Positions 51,097-54,488 of a stretch of 54,488 nucleotides of DNA are shown here, in pieces. Each line of letters begins with the position of its first letter. Within the stretch, counting starts at the first letter, position 1. The notes below the pieces were generated by a model. That model saw only the letters and a list, made by a program, of their open reading frames with translations, had not been told where the DNA came from and did no database searches. The position numbers were made by a program, and so were the translations under genes. Location: IMG/VR virus record IMGVR_UViG_3300003324_000108, positions 1 through 54,488 of that record. The stretch is one strand, 5' to 3'. The stretch is from a virus (lineage: Duplodnaviria; Caudoviricetes).

Positions 51097-53424
51097 TCAG
51101 TCCTCCTCGAAGAAGCTCACGATGCGGGCGGCCTGTTCCGCACGCACCTCGTCATAGAACGGCTCAATGGCAGCGAGACGGCGCTGCCGATCCTCCGCAG
51201 AACGGTACTCGTCCACGGCGGTACGCACGATACCCGCGATCTCCTCGTTCGAGGGGAACAGTCCAGCCGTGATGCTGTCGCGAGCGACCGGGCTGATTCC
51301 GTAAACCGCGTCCAGGTCGTCCGCGTCGATGGCGATGTCCTCCAGGCGCTGACCCTCCTCGCCCTCAGCGACGGCGGACGCTGCCAGCGCGGGACGCGGA
51401 ACCGGGAATCCAGGCACGTTGACGGCGAGCGCGGCGACCAGTTCCAGGCCAGCGGCGGTACGCCGCCAGTCGCCCGAGAGGCACGAAGCCGCCAGGGCGG
51501 TAACCTGCTCCTCGGTGAGGTTGGGGCGCAGCATGCCCGCCACCCAGATGCCGAAGCTGTCCTCGCCCGCGACGACATCAGCCACGACAGTGCCCGTGTT
51601 GTCGTAGTGCTCCACCGCATTCTTCGCGTTGGATCGGATGCTGGCGTGGCCGGTCCCCATGGTGATCTGTCCGACAGGGATCTTTCCCTCGTCGGTCACC
51701 ACGACGCCCGTGCGGTAGAACGCATACCCAGTGTTCGAGTGCGGGGCGGTAACGCACGTGTCCTGGATGCCGATGTGGCAGACGCCCCACGTAGCGAGGT
51801 GCCCGAAGATGCGGCCACCCTCGATGGTGATGGGGGTGGGGCCGGTGAGCCCCGGATCGCGGAACGCCTCCGCGGGCTTGACGGCGATATCCGCCGATGC
51901 GGTCAGAACCATGGCGGTTACCTCCGTGTTGTGATGGCCCTTGCTTCCCTTGCTCCCACCGGCTTCCTGGCCAGGCCAGATGCCGATGGCCTCCTTGTGC
52001 ATGTTCGCACAAGCTCCTGCCAGCCAGTCGGGGTTGGCAATGTACTTCGCCAGCTGTCGGCGGCAGCGATTGAAGTCGCCGGGGACGCCCCAGCGAATCT
52101 TCGCCGCGCCCTTGCCGTGCGTCCAGTAGCGGCGGATGCGTCCGGTCGGGATCGGGTGGGTGATCCACCCGGGTCCGTCATGCGTGCCCGGTGCGAACGC
52201 ATTCTCTCCCTCGTCCGCGAACCGCTCTTCCTCCGCCATCTTCTCGGCGCACTCGGCGCATGCAGCCAGGGCCTCGTCGCTCATCTCGTCCGGGAACTCC
52301 GGACCGAGGGCGATGTACGCCTCCTGGAAAGCGCCGGTCGGAACCATGTCGAACCGGCGCACGCGCACCTGCGAGAACGTCTGCGTGAGGATGTGGCCGT
52401 CCGCGGTGTCGGCGGCGTCGGCCTCCGTGGTCTCAAGGTCGAGCGCCATGGAGTCGGCGATGATCGACACGCCACCGCGGGTACCGTCGATGATGCCGTT
52501 GATCGCATCCGAGGCGTACGGCTTGTCGGGGAAGATAACGCCGCGGTAACGGATCTCCGTGTACTCGCCGTTGTCCACCTTGAAGAACTCGTCCGCACGC
52601 CCGATGATCGCGACGCGGGAGTTGTCGGACCCGTGACCGGACTCATACTCGTAGCCAATGGGCTGCGGCATCTGTCCGAACTCGACAGCGCCGACAGCGA
52701 ACTTTCGCCCGTCGCCCGTGGGCTTGCCCTCGATGGCTGCGACGCCATGCACGGGGATCTCGGTGACCAAGTCCTCGCCGTCCTCGGCCTCGTCCATCGG
52801 CATCTCATCGGCCTGGTCGTCCGCGACAACCTGATCCGTGCTGGCCGCAGTGATGGTGCTCACGGTGAGCGCTCCTTCCACGCGTGCACTCACGAGAATG
52901 CATCGGCAGTTGATCCAGATTTCCGGGGGGCCAACCGGCTCTCCGGGGTAGTGCAGTTCAAATCCTCCAATGTCAAAGGTGCCATCGGAACCGGCAACCT
53001 CCCCATTGGCGTGCCGGTGAGTCTCGCGCACGGCGTCATCGTTCATCGTGACCCAGCGCATGCCCTTGCCGCCATGGGCGCGGTTGCCCAGGTAGGTGGC
53101 ATTGTTGATCGTCGCGGTGGACAGCCAGTACGTAACCCGCTGCACCTCAGCGTCCGTGGGTGGGCTGGAGGGCTTCGCCGTCTTGGACAGCGCCTCGCCG
53201 AGCATGTCGTGGAAGCGCCCGATGAAGATGTCCGGATCTGCGTTCGGGGCTTCCTGCTCGAAGAACTCCAGCCACAGCACGGAGGCGTCCTCGATAAGCT
53301 GCTTGTACCAGTCGCCCTTGGCAGACCAGTTCTCCAGTGCCTTGCGAACCTCGGGGCCGAGATCCTTGTCGGCACCGTTCATGCGGTCGCGGCGGGCAGC
53401 TGCGAAGGCCATGACGGCGTCCAT
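51097..53424 (-). CDS. MuF-like domain / capsid maturation protease fusion
   Basis: WVTMNDDAVRETH...YPGEP...INCRC (MuF); EGKPTGDGRKF; GRIFGHLATWGVCH; start may be 53424 (TGATG coupling) or 53442. Confidence 0.85.
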   Translation of the reverse strand: MDAVMAFAAARRDRMNGADKDLGPEVRKALENWSAKGDWYKQLIEDASVLWLEFFEQEAPNADPDIFIGRFHDMLGEALSKTAKPSSPPTDAEVQRVTYWLSTATINNATYLGNRAHGGKGMRWVTMNDDAVRETHRHANGEVAGSDGTFDIGGFELHYPGEPVGPPEIWINCRCILVSARVEGALTVSTITAASTDQVVADDQADEMPMDEAEDGEDLVTEIPVHGVAAIEGKPTGDGRKFAVGAVEFGQMPQPIGYEYESGHGSDNSRVAIIGRADEFFKVDNGEYTEIRYRGVIFPDKPYASDAINGIIDGTRGGVSIIADSMALDLETTEADAADTADGHILTQTFSQVRVRRFDMVPTGAFQEAYIALGPEFPDEMSDEALAACAECAEKMAEEERFADEGENAFAPGTHDGPGWITHPIPTGRIRRYWTHGKGAAKIRWGVPGDFNRCRRQLAKYIANPDWLAGACANMHKEAIGIWPGQEAGGSKGSKGHHNTEVTAMVLTASADIAVKPAEAFRDPGLTGPTPITIEGGRIFGHLATWGVCHIGIQDTCVTAPHSNTGYAFYRTGVVVTDEGKIPVGQITMGTGHASIRSNAKNAVEHYDNTGTVVADVVAGEDSFGIWVAGMLRPNLTEEQVTALAASCLSGDWRRTAAGLELVAALAVNVPGFPVPRPALAASAVAEGEEGQRLEDIAIDADDLDAVYGISPVARDSITAGLFPSNEEIAGIVRTAVDEYRSAEDRQRRLAAIEPFYDEVRAEQAARIVSFFEED

Positions 53425-54488
53425 CACTGGCGCTCCATCCATGTGTGGAAGCCGTCAACGCTGAACGGCTCGTTGCTCATTAGCAGGTGCCGCGCGTAGG
53501 CGTCCATCTTGGTCGGCGGGACGGTGATCCCCAGGGCGGCGGTACACTCCCACGCGCCCACGAGAAGGTCGTCAATAACGTCGTCGGGAATGTTCGCGTA
53601 GCGGTAGACCACATCGTTGGTAACCCTGTCGCCACCGGGAACCAGGAGGCCCGGGTGCTTGGACTTGAGTCGTGCCCCGGCCCGTTCCAGCGCGCGCCAA
53701 ACCACCACAGACGCTGCGGGAATTGCGTCCTGAACAGGGATTTCCCTGGTGGGATGATCCTGCAGGGACGGATCCGGTCGAGCGTCCGTGGGCTGCGCCT
53801 CCGGGACCACGAGCGCCTGGGCGGGGATCGGCACGCCCAGAATGTTCAGCGCCCACGCCACCAGTTCCGGGGTCGTGGATCCACCCGCCACCTTCTTCGT
53901 CAGCCACGCGGCACGCTCCTTGTCGTCCATGATGTCGGACGGGTCGAAACCGTTCTCTCGAACCATCGCCGCCATCGACAGCGCGCCCTCGTTGTACAGC
54001 TCGATGGCCTCCTTGGAGCGGTTCGGGCGCAGACGGATCTTCGACGTGTCCGCGTAGATCGTGAACGCGCGGGCTTCCTCCTCGGACATGCCCGACGCCT
54101 CCAGATACGGACGCAGGTAGGCATCCGTCAGGGACGTGGTGATGATCTGGAGAAGCGGCTCGGTGTGCGCCTTGATCGACGCCTCCTCCACCTGCCACGA
54201 GTTCCAATGGTTCATGTCACCCGTGCCGGTCAGGATCTCCGGGGGCATGTCCATGCCGAGGGCGAGGCGGCGAATGTTCTCCTCGCGGAGTTCCTTCGCG
54301 TGCTCATCCAGCTGCGACCAGAACGTCAGGTGGTTGACCTTGTCGATGTACTCGCCGGGACCCTGCAGGATGATCGGGGTGCGGGCGGAAGCGTCGGTCG
54401 GGTCGGACACTGCGGTGTTGATCGTCTCCACGAGTTCGCGCAGGAAGGCGTCAATCCCGGTATCCGTTGTCGCGCCCGTGTCGTTGAT
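53424..54488 (-). CDS. portal protein (5' part outside window)
   Basis: IRRLALGMDMPPEILTGTGDMNHWNSWQ; LRPNRSKEA. Confidence 0.88.
   Translation of the reverse strand: MNDTGATTDTGIDAFLRELVETINTAVSDPTDASARTPIILQGPGEYIDKVNHLTFWSQLDEHAKELREENIRRLALGMDMPPEILTGTGDMNHWNSWQVEEASIKAHTEPLLQIITTSLTDAYLRPYLEASGMSEEEARAFTIYADTSKIRLRPNRSKEAIELYNEGALSMAAMVRENGFDPSDIMDDKERAAWLTKKVAGGSTTPELVAWALNILGVPIPAQALVVPEAQPTDARPDPSLQDHPTREIPVQDAIPAASVVVWRALERAGARLKSKHPGLLVPGGDRVTNDVVYRYANIPDDVIDDLLVGAWECTAALGITVPPTKMDAYARHLLMSNEPFSVDGFHTWMERQ

Noticed and set aside
50752-53499. 915-aa plus-strand ORF, and similar long antisense ORFs (6993..8639, 35523..37628, 37610..39559, 46449..48092)
   Set aside because: Shadows of well-supported opposite-strand genes, expected in high-GC DNA; Arg/Gly-rich with no motifs or RBS
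1-54488. Genome-wide TAG stop recoding
   Set aside because: Other TAG-ending genes (e.g. ends at 9225, 12044, 26037) have complete products and normal downstream starts; no suppressor tRNA seen

Overview
This window holds most of a lytic, high-GC tailed actinobacteriophage (siphovirus) genome, probably starting at or near its left end. The architecture resembles Microbacterium cluster EG-type phages; this is inferred from gene content and order, not from a search. Bases 1-27.7 kb are a rightward early/middle arm of about 60 mostly small genes. It includes a beta-clamp-like protein, an AAA+ ATPase, a tandem ribbon-helix-helix regulator, a DNA methyltransferase, an iteron-bearing replication initiator plus loader, a primase-helicase, SSB, RusA, a Rad52-like annealase, a Cas4-like exonuclease and an SPFH protein. 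Bases 27.75-54.5 kb are a leftward late arm: portal (truncated by the window), MuF-protease fusion, hexamer and pentamer capsid proteins, tail genes with a -1 frameshifted chaperone, tape measure, lysis cassette and two tail-fibre/spike genes. The arms converge on a bidirectional terminator at about 27.7 kb. No integrase, DNA polymerase, tRNA or CRISPR array was seen. The most unusual signals are non-coding and lie in the early arm: (i) a stem-loop at 4501-4543 whose loop is the reverse complement of a GGAAGGGAAG(G) motif placed before four early start codons, a candidate phage sRNA translational switch; (ii) a 19-bp palindromic operator at five promoter-like sites, with a tandem RHH protein as candidate regulator; (iii) 37-bp inverted repeats bracketing gene 1; and (iv) a promoter followed directly by a terminator, predicting a ~75-nt sRNA.
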